DNA from: Gnetum montanum
Lineage: Eukaryota; Plantae; Gnetophyta
Assembly (NCBI GenBank): GCA_015680685.1
Contig: MNCI01000416.1
Location: 9,578 to 73,577 of the forward strand
DNA length: 64,000 bases
Reading direction: 5' to 3'
Below are positions 1-12,240 of the stretch, piece by piece. The stretch's first letter is position 1. Every line of letters starts with the position of its first letter. The position numbers and the translations under genes were made by a program. The notes below the pieces were generated by a model. It worked only from the letters and a program-made list of their open reading frames with translations. It did no database searches and was not told the origin of the DNA.

Positions 1-180
1 GACACTAATGCATTAACATAACCTACAAAAATCAATATTCATCAATACTTCTTAAAATTTCGAATCTACATAAAAATTTATTTACAAACTACTACTTAGC
101 TAGTGATGAGTGACTTCCAACTTGTAGTCTCTTACTACAATAAGCTATGACCTACACCTAACTGCAATTACTAGTCCAAG

Positions 181-739
181 CTGATAAAACATCACAAATC
201 ATCTTCATTTAACTCCAAACTTGGAGTTTGAACACCCTAGGACTTGTATAGATATTAAAGGTAGGAAATTATAACTTACTAACATGTAACATCCAAAATT
301 TTGATAATTTTATTATTTATTATTCTTATATCTCCAATGCCCTTCAAGCTTCCATATGAATATTATTTGGACTAACAACTTTTCCATTTTTCATTTTAGA
401 TAAGGTTGTCTTCACCTCAAGGAAGAGAAACTCATTAAGCAACCCAAAATTTGGTTTTTCTTCTTAGATATATTTTCTAGGAAATTCCTCATTTATTAGT
501 TTTTAAAAATGAATTTTTTACCTATCCAAAATTTCATTATTTTTTACCGAAATTCTTTCATCTATCCCTTTGATGCATCTACCATGATTAATGTTGTTAC
601 ATTTCTTATTTTTTATGTTTTTCAATTTAGATATGAAATTGAATAGAAAATGTTTACTTACCTCCATTAAGACCTCTTGGATCTATTAAACTAGTTTTAA
701 AATTCCTTTTATGAAATAAAATTATATTTATAACTCAAT
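181..739 (-). mobile_element. RTE-clade LINE-derived fragment, copy 1
   Basis: Minus-strand translation gives EVKTTLSKMKNGKVVSPNNIHMEA*RAL, matching the RTE-type pre-RT motif (EVxxALxxMKxGKAxGPDxIxxE). Colinear with 59110-59661. Confidence 0.7.
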
Positions 740-1309
740 GCAGAATTGAAATAGTTTCTATTAAGGAAAACATAACTTGGTGACTTCTTCAAGGCTAAGA
801 TAAATTTCCTTAAATAGCTTAGTGCCCATGGTTATTCTACAAAATTCTTGCTCCCCTGCTATAACAAGGTTTTTTTACGGAATATAGTTACTCTTCTCCA
901 ACCTATTTCAGGAAACATTCATAGGATCAAAAGGGCCCCTTTCATTTTCAAAAAGCATTTCAATCCTTTGACTAAATTTTTAAACATGAGGAAAATCATA
1001 AATCATGAACTCTTGTAGCTTTAGCAACAAGATTCACATTTAGCAAATGTCATCTCCAAACCTACTATTGGTTGGAGAAATCCTTCTAAACTATGGATAT
1101 TCCTAATGAGCAATAAAGTATACTCTAATCATCAAATTCAGCTTTGATCATTAGACTGAAGGCCTACCCTCATAAATATGAAAATGTGAGGGTTAAGTTT
1201 TTTTTAAGTATAAACATGTGTCGACTCACTATTTTTTCATAAAGGATTATGTTCTTCCTATAAATACTCTACTATCATCCCTGCTTTTGCATACATCTAG
1301 CATTCTCCT

Positions 1310-1357
1310 AAAGCATAATGATGAGACATGAAATTCCCTTAAATCACTTCATGCTCT
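1310..1357 (+). ncRNA. Decayed minimal type I hammerhead ribozyme motif in PLE pLTR (other copies 4921-4969 and 58942-58989)
   Basis: Three-copy consensus: aaagcayg-CTGATGA-ggga tgaaat tccc-GAAA-gcgc-TT-cgtgcttt, with stems I and II complementary. No single copy has an intact core. Confidence 0.6.
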
Positions 1358-1526
1358 AATGTTTATCATTTCTATGGATGTCATTTTTTCCTTGTAGTTT
1401 CTTTTCTTTTTCTTTTTCTAGAGGTTTCTTTCTTGTTTGCCTAACTCACTTTAGTTACTATATGTGATCTAATAAAATTTCTTAAGTCCAACAATTATTT
1501 TTTTCTTCATTCTTATTAACTCAAAG

Positions 1527-4500
1527 ATGAGCTCTAAGAATGTTCAAAAGCTAGAATTTAAACTTGATAAAGGTTTTCTTCAACTTTCTAAAGAGCAACA
1601 ATGAGTTTCAATGAGACACAGATTAGACAATAGCAATGATACTCTTGCTATTACTGCTGCTTTTTCTACCACTTCTAGCAACCAACTTGCTACTAGCATT
1701 AAATACTACTACTTCTAGAAACTAATATAGATGTTAATCCACCATAGCATTATAGTTATTTAATGTTCAATACCTTCTGGATTAAGTGTGTGCACTCAAG
1801 ATTGAAATCAAGAACAATAAAGGATAGATAAAATAGAGCCTTAAGTAGATTTTTGACTATAATAATTTGGTCAAATAGAAAAATGTTAAAGTACCTTAAC
1901 TTTAGAACTATATTTCTACCCTCAAGTCTAATCTTACTAAAATTAAGATTTTTATTGCCTCCTCCAGCCTTCCCTCCATTCCATCGAGCATAGCTCAGCT
2001 TATTTCCCACTTCACCGAGAACTTTAGAAAGAAAATCCATCAATTGAATTATTGTGTTTGGTTATGAGATAAGCTTTTTTCCCTTATAAATGAAGAAGTT
2101 TCCATCAACAATTTTGAAAGAAATCATCCCAATGTTTGCCAAAAGACTAAGAAAACTTTATGATGTAAGCAAAGTTTGCCAAAGCCTAAGCAAACTACAA
2201 CATGAGGCAATTAAGGTTTTACCTTGAAGCTGATATGTCTACTATTACTGATATTGAAGTTGGATTTGTTACTTTTCACAATTAATGTATTAATAAACGT
2301 AATCAAGAAATCTCTCAGCTTGATCAACTCTATTCAATAACATTTCTAGTCTGCAAGCATCCTGAACTAAGAACATTTATGATGATCTTAAGAATTAGTT
2401 GCTCTAGTATTAGCTCAAAAATAGAGCCTAGAACTAGGCTAATGCTACTAGGTAATAAGCTTGGACTACTGTTGAAGAAGTTGTCAATGAAATGAACATT
2501 AAAACTACTATTGATAAGTTCATTGATTGCAAGTTCAATAGTAAAAAAGATGGTTTCATTAAAGATGTGGTTAATGATCTCAAACAACTTGGTGTTGTTC
2601 CTATCCAAACTACTATGAATTCCAATAATATGATGCTAGTAATGCTTCAATCCCTCCTACTAAAGATAATTCCTCTTCCAACAATGAATATTCTATAAGT
2701 ATACATCATCCATTCTAAGGTAGGAATCGACCTTGAAATGGACATATTTAGCAAAAGATAAATTCATCCATTTCTTCTAGCTTTAAACTATTTGGATAAG
2801 GGGCAACCAACAATGCCTACAAGATAATTATCCTATGTCATCTACATCCATACCTATAAGAAGTGCTTTAAATTCATGTTACCATCCAAATTAATAGCAT
2901 GTCAAACTTGCCTAAATAGATGAAACCCCTGCAATCAATCCTCATTTCTTTGCTATCATGTTATTTGAAAGAATTTTTCATAAGTAGATAATCATGTTTT
3001 CAAATACATCATCCATAATGTGTCCTCTTGTAACCTCTTTCTAGATGAAATGAAAGAAGCTTCTTGGTCTAGGTTTAAAATTTATTCCTAGTCTACCTCT
3101 TATGAGTTGTCAAGGCCTCATTGCAAAGTTTAGAGCTTTTTCCAAACCCTTTTATCTTTAGAATCATTTTAGGTTATAGTTAGATAAAGTTCTTTCATCT
3201 TCTTATCCTTTCTCTAGTAATTTCTTTTTACCATGATACTTTTCTCTCTACCCTTAATTCTCTAAATTTTTATAATAAACCTTACATTTCCAAATATCCC
3301 CTCTTTTTTCTTAGAAAGCTTAGAGGAGATCATTTCATCATTCTAAGGCCTACCGATAAAAATCTTAGAATTTGAATATTCAATTTTTTCTAATACCTCT
3401 AAGAGGCCAATCAATGGCTTTTAGACTTTGAGGTTTACCTAGAAGTTCATACCATCCCCTGACATGTCATTATTCCTAAGCTTGTCTTCATCATCATATA
3501 AATTTTTCCAATTTTTTTTGGATTTAAGAATTTTCTTTTGAAAACACATGTCCAAGTTCAAACCATGTATTTTCTATCTCATTCTTAAAATCCACAAACC
3601 CTCCTTAGTTGATTATCCAATTTATTCCTACACATGCTACCCTCTCAAATCTACTTTTCATCTCCTTCATTATCTACTCATGCCCATTCAGCTTGCTTAA
3701 CCCTGATACCTCATAGATTTTCTCATCCTTCTTAAAGATCTACACTCCTATACTGTACCTCAAAATGTGATCCTCTTAACTTTTGATGTAGAATCCCTGC
3801 ACCCAAGTATTCCAACTGAAGAAGACATGATAGCTCTATCTACAATCATTGATGCCTATTTTTGGGATCATCCTCAACCTAATAGGATCTTTTCAAGGGT
3901 ATCATCTCTAGTTTGATTGTACTAGTTCTCAAGCATCATTTTCTTGAATTACATGAAAGGATCTTTCAGCAAGTTTGCAGTACTTTTATGGATAGCAATT
4001 TCATTGTGATTTATGATTATCTTTTTCTTTATCATCTTAAACAATATTATTTTAGTTGAATGGATTGTGAACCACTCCTTTACTATAACAGTTACATCAA
4101 TGATTCTTTTGGTATTTTGAATGGTTCTCCTAAAAAATTACAAATTTTTTTGGCAAGTATAATTTCTCTTTTCCCTTCATCTTCATCATCCTAATCATTT
4201 CTTATTCTTCTATAAATATAATTAATTTAGTTCTCTTCAAAGATCCTTCCTTTTATGATATTGGTATTCTTTCTACCCACTATTACCAAAAGCCTTTGAA
4301 TGCCTATCAATATATTTCCTTCTTCTCCTACAATCCTTGTCATCAAAAGAAGGCCTTCATCATTGAAGAACTGAAATGATTTTTATTGAGGAAATATAGC
4401 TTGGTGACTTCTACAAGGCTAAAATGACTTTCTTCAGATAGTTCAAGGATTGTAGTTTTACTACAAAATTCCCACTCCACTACTTTTGTAAGGTTTCTAT

Positions 4501-4750
4501 ATCTAATAATGCTTTTCTCCTTCAAGTTATTCGAGAAAACACTCACAAGTCCAAAAGGACCTCTCTCATTTTTAAAATAGGTTTCAATCCTTCAATTAAA
4601 TTTTTAAACATGAAGGAAATCCTAAATCATGAACAATGATATTCATATCTAGCATATGTTATCCCCAAACGTTTTCTCTATTAAAGAAATCTTTGTAAAC
4701 TATGGAGGTTTCTAACATATAGAAAGTTCCACTCTAATCATTAGAATTAA
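1527..4750 (+). pseudogene. Decayed PLE ORF: long N-terminal region plus Penelope-type reverse transcriptase
   Basis: Motifs: IIHNVSS..KLLGLGLKFIP (~3007-3090), FYLILKIHKP (3572), FDVESLHPSIP (3782), YYNSYINDSF (4081; YxDD equivalent), YQKPLNAYQYISFFSYNPCHQKKAFI (4284). Many stops and frameshifts. Confidence 0.88.
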
Positions 4751-5144
4751 CTTTAATCATCAAACTAGTGGACCATCCTTACAAATATGTAAATGTAAGA
4801 ATTGAGTATTTTTCCAAAACTTTAAACATATACAATTTCATTATTTTTTCTTAAAGGACTAGTTTCTTCCTATAAATACTTTGCTGCCATCCTTGCTTTG
4901 ACATACATCTAACATTCTCTCAACTCAATCTAATGAAGGATAAAATTTCTTGAAAATGATTCATGCTCTAATGTTTGTCATTTTTTTAGTTTAATTTAGC
5001 TATTTTTTCTTTGTAGTCTCTTTTTCTTTCTTTCTCTACAAGTTTCTTTCTTTTATTCTTAACTCACTTTAGCTATTGCATGTAATTCGCTTAAATTTTT
5101 AAAGTTCAAAAATCATTTTTTAATTGGCACTTGTTAGCTTAAAG

Positions 5145-7610
5145 ATGGATTCTAGGAATGTTTAGGACATGAAATCTATGCTCAAAAAATGTTTTCTTTA
5201 ACTTTTTAAAGAGCAACAATGAGTTTCAAAGGGACCCAAATTAGCAAAAGAATGGTGATACTCTTGCCATTATCGATGCTTCACTTGTCATGTCTAGTAG
5301 TCAACCTATTACTAGTAGTAATACTACTTTCTAGTAACCAATCTAAATATCACTCCATTGTTGTAACATAGTTCTTTAATGTCCAACCACTGTTAGAATA
5401 ACTATGTATGCTCAAGATTAAAATAGAGAACAATACAATGTAGACATAATATAGCCTTAAGTAGATTGCTAACTATGATCATCTAGTCAAACATAAGAAT
5501 GCTAAAGTATCTTAGCTTTGAAATTGAGTTTCTAGCCTCAAATCTAATCTTAATACAACCAAGACTACCACTACCTCCTCCAACCTTCCTTCCATTCCAC
5601 CAAGCATAGCTAAGCTTATTTTTTTCTCCACCAAGAACTTCAAGAATAAGCTTCCTCAACTAGATCATGCTATTTGATTATGAAAGAAGCTTTTCTCCCT
5701 TATATTTGAATGAGCCCTCATCAACAACCTTTGAAGTAATCATCCAAACCTTAGATTGAAAGAGTAAGACACAAATTCTATAATGCAAGAAAAGTTTTCT
5801 AAATCCCAAGCAAAGTACAACATGAAGCAATAGAGGTTTTACTTCAAAGCTGCCACATCTGTTGCTACTAATATCAAAGCTCAACTTGCTAATTTTTTGC
5901 AATTAATGTGTTGATAAACATAATCAAGAAATTTCCAACCTTAATCAAGTATCTTTAATCCACATTCTTGGTTTGCAAGTAGCCTATGCCAAAATGATTT
6001 ATGATGGCCTCTTAAATAAGGTGATTTAGTTTTAGCTCAAAAAAGAAACTCACATCTAGGTTAATGCTGCTAGGTAGCAAGCTTAGACTACCACAAAAGA
6101 AGAAATCAGCAAAATTAAAATTGAACCTACTATTGATGAGATCATTGATTACAAGTTCAATAGTAAAAAAGATGCTTTTATCAAAGATGTTGTTAATGTT
6201 CTCAAGTAGCTTAGTGGTGTTCCTACCCACACTCCTATAAATTCCAATCATATGAGTGTTGGTAATGCTCTAGTCCCTCCCACTAAAGGTAATCCTATTT
6301 TGAAAAATGAATAGCCTTTCAAAGTCATCCATTCTAAGGTAAGAATTAGTCTCAGAATGGATCAACTTAATAGAAGATGAATTATCCATCTTTTCTACCT
6401 CTAGATTATCTGGAAAGGAGATAACCAATAATGCTCATAGGAAAATTAGCCTACATCATCTGCATCACACCAATAAGAAGTATCAATAAATCCATGTTGT
6501 GAACAAAATAAATAGCTCATCACATCTACAGAAATAGATGGATCTCTACCATTCATCCTCATTTATTTACCATCATGTTATGTAAGTGAAGAAGCAATCA
6601 TAGGTCGAGAATCATATCTTTAACTACGTCATCCACAATCTCTCCTCCTGTAACCTTTTTGTGAATGAAAAGAAACTTTTTTGATTTGAGTTTAAAATTT
6701 ATTCATAGGCTAACTCCTATAAGTCAATAAGACATCATTCAGATTTTAAAGATTTTGTCAGACAACTCCATCCATGGAATCATATCAGGTAATAGTTAGA
6801 TGAAGTTTTTTCCTCTTCCTATCTTTTCTCTATTGTTGTCTCCCTTACCTAAATTAACCTCCATGTCCCTGAAAAATGGAATCCTCCTTGCTATGTTTTC
6901 CTACTTAAAGATTCCATTCACCATTTTCATGATATCCTACTCTCTACCCTTGATTCTCTAAATTTTCCAATAAACCTTGCCTTCTCAAAAACCTTTTCTT
7001 TGCTCTCAAAAATATTAGATATGATTATTCCATCATTCTAAGACCTATTGATAAAAATCTTATAATCTACATATTGACAACTTTCAGACTTCAAGATTTA
7101 CCTAGAAGTTTAGCCCATTCCTTAACATGTCATTCTTTCTAAGCTCACCTTCATCATCAACTAGTTTTTCCCTATTCTTTTTTAGTTTAATAATTTTCTT
7201 TTAAAAACATGTATCCAAGGCTAAATAATTCATTTTTATCTCATTCCTAAAATCTACAAACTCTCCCTAGTTAATCACCCCATATGTTCCTACATAGGCT
7301 ATCCTCTTGCACCTGCTTCTCATCTCCTTCACTTACTCATGCCCATCTTTCTTACTCAACCCTAGCATCTCATAGATTTCTTGACCCTTTTGAGAGATCT
7401 CCACTCTTGTACTCTAGCTCAAAATATGATCTTCTTCACTTTCTATGTAATGTGCCCTAGTATTCCAACTAATGAAGGTACGATAGCTCTAGTTGTGATA
7501 GTTGATGTCTATTTTTAAGGTCATCCTCATCCCCAATAGGATCCTTTTAAGGGTACCATCTCTAATTTAGCTACACTAGTTCCCATGCATCATTTGTTGG
7601 AATTCAATGG
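5145..7610 (+). mobile_element. PLE unit 2, 5' part (interrupted in RT by an LTR insertion at 7611)
   Basis: Colinear with 1527-3955. FYLIPKIYK at ~7234. Ends at HHLLEFNG. Confidence 0.85.
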
Positions 7611-10600
7611 TGATGAGTAGCAAATATTCCCTGAGCCCAACCAAATGAATCACAAGCATGTATGCATGATTTGATTGAATTCTAGATAGAGATCTCAATT
7701 GTGGTCTTCTCTAAAAGGGCATAATCCTTCTTCATTGAGAGATCTCATTTCTCCATAGTCAACCTCCTCAAATTTTGGTTTACCTTAATAAGCTATTCCT
7801 ATTTTTGATGAACTTATTCAACCATCTAGTTCTTTTGCTACTCAGCATTTTGTAAAAGCTGATTATCTTGGCTAAGTGTAATATTTTCTTTATGAACTTG
7901 TTAAAGCTCACAACTGAAGGAATTCACCATTGCCTCTGATGGTGATGCATCAAAGGTTATCATCTCCTTGGAATTCTCAGCCTCTTGATATTTTTATTAA
8001 AGTTGTTAGAAAGCTTTATCTTTGATAATCTCTGGTTTGAGAATGGTAGGATTTGACAAGTGAGCTTAGGGTTTTGCAACCTTGGCAACTAGCTATCAAC
8101 TACAAACAATGGCCTTCTTGAGTTATGCATTCATGACTAATAGCTTACCCCTTGTCTTTAGTAACTATGACTAAGTAGTAGAAATTTCACCTTCTTCTAG
8201 CATCACAAAGAAGGCTACTACATTGCCAAAGACTTTGAGAAATGCTTGTCTTGGAATGGAAAAAGTGATTTCTCTAGTATTTGGGTTAAAGAGAACATGA
8301 GCTTGGTTTCTTTATGAGGAGAACAATGGAGTCATCCCATCATCTGACCAATTGACAATCCTTGTGACCTTGTTCAAGTCACTCATGGTTAGTTTCTATA
8401 TAGAATATTCTTCATCATCTCTGAAGGCTTGTTGTAGTTATTATTTTTTAAAGTTTTCTTAGATGATCTATAGCTACTAGCATTTCTAGTGTCATCTTCA
8501 GTGCTATAGGTGATAGTGGTAGTTTTTTCTCCTCCTCTTGAAGCTTGATAGGTATCTTATCCTTTATCATCTCTTGTCATGATGTGGCAAAAGCTCTATG
8601 AACCAAACCATTTGAGTAAAAAGCTATCCTTCCTCTTTTACAAAGTTTCTTAATAATGCATGAAAAGGAGAATTTCTTCCTACCCTTCTCATTTTCCTTA
8701 AAACACTTCTCTATTTCAAGAAAGATGAGCTACAACATGTTGACTTGGAATTTTCTACTTATAGCTACTCATGCCCTTGCAGAGAAAGTAGCCATGTTAC
8801 TTGGCCTCACCATTGGATTGAGGACATAAGCTACAATCTTGAACTAGGCTCACTCTACCTTAGCTAGGATACCATACGCCTTGCAATCCACTCCATAGCA
8901 CCACTGGATCCACTCTTTCCTAGCTTCTAGGTTCACCTAAGTGAAGATTTCTATCAACTTCACCTTGGTGTTGGGTAATTTAAGAACCTCTACTATTGCC
9001 TCAACCAAATAGGAGATGGTGATTGTATTGATCTTGATAGTTGCATCCTCTTGTTGATTGTTCCAGAAGAGGTAGGTTTCCCCCATGTACCATTCTTCAC
9101 TAGAGGAAAGAATGGACCATAGTCAAGACCCTTGTAATTTTGTTCTTATGTCTTTCTATACAAGCTCTAGGAAAGGTCCAAAATTCAATTTCTAAAGGAT
9201 AGAAATCTAAATTTTCTTATTATTGACCTTCTTCGAATAGGCCTCTGTGAGTGTAACCTCTAGATTAGATTGTGGTCTTGGGAATTCTTCCTACCTAGAT
9301 TATCATGTTTTGTTGTGGAAATTTTATGGACAAATTCCTCCTTGGGCTTCTGACGCAAGGGCCCAATAGCATGGGTTGTCTCAACTAATTGATCCTAGGG
9401 TTATTTCTACAAGTGTTGCTATTATTTCATTCTACCATGTGATCATTTCATCTTTAGCTATGATGGCCCTCCTGCTTGCAATCCTCACTTAGGTGCCATT
9501 TACAATTACAATCCTAACCTAGCATTACTCTTTTTAAATATTAGTGTGTTTTCTTCTAATACCTTTCTTGGTCTATTTGGGTTAGGTTTATTGGTCAAAA
9601 GTTGAAATTTTTATATTAAGTCCTTATATAGTGATCTCAAGTGTATGGTATTATTTTATTCATGCTTTAAAACAGGCTAAATGTTGATATTAACTCTTAT
9701 GATCATTAATTTAATATTATTTTAATATCTTATCCATAGGGGTGTCATAAAAAGTTTTGAAAAATTCTATGTGAAAACCTAGCATTTAAAGCCCCCACAA
9801 TCTAAAGCATAACTTTAGAATCATGAGAATCAAAGAACGAGTAAAAACAAATAAGTGGTTATCAAGTTATAGCTCTTAGAAGGTTCCAGACCTTGAAAAA
9901 TTGCAAAAACTTCTTATGAATTTGGAAGAAAATGTGAAAAATAAGCTAACTATCATGCATATGTATACGATTTTTGTGTCGTGTCAACTATTCTAACTAC
10001 ATCAACGAGAATGTGTCAATGCAATTGTTCATAACTATTTTTTAATATAGAATATTTATGAATTTTGAACAATTTTTGGATCAAATATAAAGCCAAATGA
10101 AAGCCAAAAAGCTAAGAAAATATGACAACACATTGAGGGTATGGTTTAACAAATTGAAGTAGTGTGGTTATGTGGGATGAGTAATTGGAAGATGCTCCTT
10201 ATGCCAAAGTAGAGCAAAAGTAGATGATGTAGGCTATTAGGATGATTGAGATCAAAAAGAGATCCATGGTTATGGAGTTGAAATCAAAGGAAACCAATAG
10301 GTGTGCAAGTGGATCCTTCCTAAAGCAAGCTAATTCCTAATATGCCCTTGCATAACCTCATCGCAAGGAGTCCATATGCATCCTAGATGATGAATGATTA
10401 TTCAAGTTAAACTCCATATCCATGTAAGGGATCATCTTAGAATTATGCAAATTATAAAATAAAAGTATCAATTAACCATGGTATAAGAATGTGAGATGAG
10501 AAAAAATGGAGTTCAAGAATGGTAGTGGAACAATCTACATCATGGTCGCATGGGATCCTTAGTAAAAGTTATGATTAAGATGATCTAATACCAATACGTT

Positions 10601-10900
10601 CTAGGTCTAAACCAAGTCCATTCCAATTTTAATGGTCTCACATTAATGTATTCCTCCTCGTCTACCACAATGAGTTAACAATAATCAAAAAGGTCAATCA
10701 TCACTCCAAGTAAAAAAGAAAAGAGAAGGAAGTAGTTAGAAAGAAATTTGGGTCTCGGTTAGAAGGGTTCCTTTAGGCATAGATAACATATCTTTCTAGC
10801 TCAATAACCAGTGCATGTATTCCAAGATATCTTTAGAGAGGTCATTAGTGTGCCATAATAAGCTCCTCCCTTGGACTAAATGTCAAGTGATGTTACTCCT
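7611..10900 (-). mobile_element. Athila-like element E, 3' half (UTR, env-like ORF, last ~70 bp of 3' LTR)
   Basis: 7611-7682 is the reverse complement of the LTR end seen at 25125-25195 and 41500-41571 (...CTACTCATCA). 7681-10700 is an inverted homolog of 10900-13700. Confidence 0.75.
7683..9499 (-). pseudogene. env-like/accessory ORF of Athila-like element (truncated)
   Basis: Starts MAPK*G. Contains LNFGPFLEL, EEWYMGETYLFW and LKLPN, homologous to the ORF at 12241. Confidence 0.7.
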
Positions 10901-12240
10901 CATGACTCTGATAGTCTTATGGTTGTCTATCGCTAGGATGAAATGATACAATGTCACTAAAATGTGGTTTGGACTTGGTTTGAATCTTGGAAATTTGAAA
11001 ACATGGTTTTTTAACCATTAATAACACATGAGGTTTCATTATGATGATGGTACACCACCTTATCTCCCAATTTCTGCAATCCCTTCTATAGTCCATCTCA
11101 TCTCATTGTTTGGATGCTCATAACTTGTAGTTTTGTGTAACATAGAGTTATTATCTAAATTCGGTGGTTTTAACATGTGGGTTTTGTTTCACAAGTATAT
11201 GTTGCATTCAACCCCTTTAGTGCCTATGGACATTATCGGTGTGGTTACACAAGGGCATCATAGGCTAGAGCTTGCTTTGGGGAGGATCCACTTGTGTAGC
11301 TTTTGTGACTTATACTTATTTAATGTACCCATATCATTTTTCACCTTCCAAGCACTAAAATTTTTATATTTTATTGTTTCCCTTAATATGAAATGGATAT
11401 GTCCCACAACCTTAATTTCAGCACCTTTTTCTTACTCATTCTAATGTTTTTCACGTCAACGACTTCACCTTATCATACTTTTAGTGTCTTTAATTCATTT
11501 TTCACTTACCCAAAGTGCTAAACTTAACTTCAAACTTTTCAATCAATCCCAAAGCTTCAGTTTGCATGTTCATTGATCCCCCTAAAATGCAAAAATTTGG
11601 ACCTCAATGTCATGTACCTGATGTTGAGTTTGACTCAACATCGCATACACAACATTGTGTACCTGATGTCGGGTCTTAAACAGGCTATAAATACGACCCC
11701 CATGAAACTTGAAATTCATTCTTTCTCATTTGCTACTAGGGGAGTTGCAATTTTTTTCTTGTGAATTAGAGCTCTGCACCTCTATCTTCCACTTGCAATA
11801 TCTAGCTCTTTAACGCTTCAATTTTTGTGCCATTCGAATCTATCTGAATCAAGATTGTTCAACTTAGTCATGGGGGGATGTGTGCATGCAAAACTTGTGT
11901 CAATTTGCTAAAATTTGCTATCACTCAAAGGTATTATAGAGGTAAGAATGTTGAAAACCTTAGGAATTATAATGCAAAATCTCCAATGGTAATGCTAGAA
12001 GTCCAATTTTTCTAACCCATGAGCCATAATTGTTATTCTAAGACACATATAAGGAAAAAGGAAACTAGTTACAAGGATTATAAAAAGAGATAGACACTTT
12101 TTGGGATTTTTCTTAAAATTTTCCTAACCCTAAAATCATATGCATTATGAACTTAATGAACTAAGGTTATGAGTAAGGTATAAATTGATTAATGATAATA
12201 AATATAACCTTGCTAACACTTGGTTTTTGCTTGATTGTAG

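Larger units (their letters stand above)
741..5144 (+). mobile_element. Penelope-like retroelement: upstream pseudo-LTR (741-~1520) plus unit 1
   Basis: 741-1520 is a direct repeat of 4368-5140, the partial-tandem pLTR layout typical of PLEs. The ~3.6 kb unit repeats again from 5145. Confidence 0.85.

Noticed and set aside
1756-2625. Minus-strand ORFs in the PLE
   Set aside because: Antisense shadows of the decayed plus-strand ORF.
9482-9498. tRNA-Lys-like PBS (tggcacctaag) on the minus strand
   Set aside because: Better explained as the MAPK start of the env-like ORF homologous to 12241. No LTR end is adjacent.
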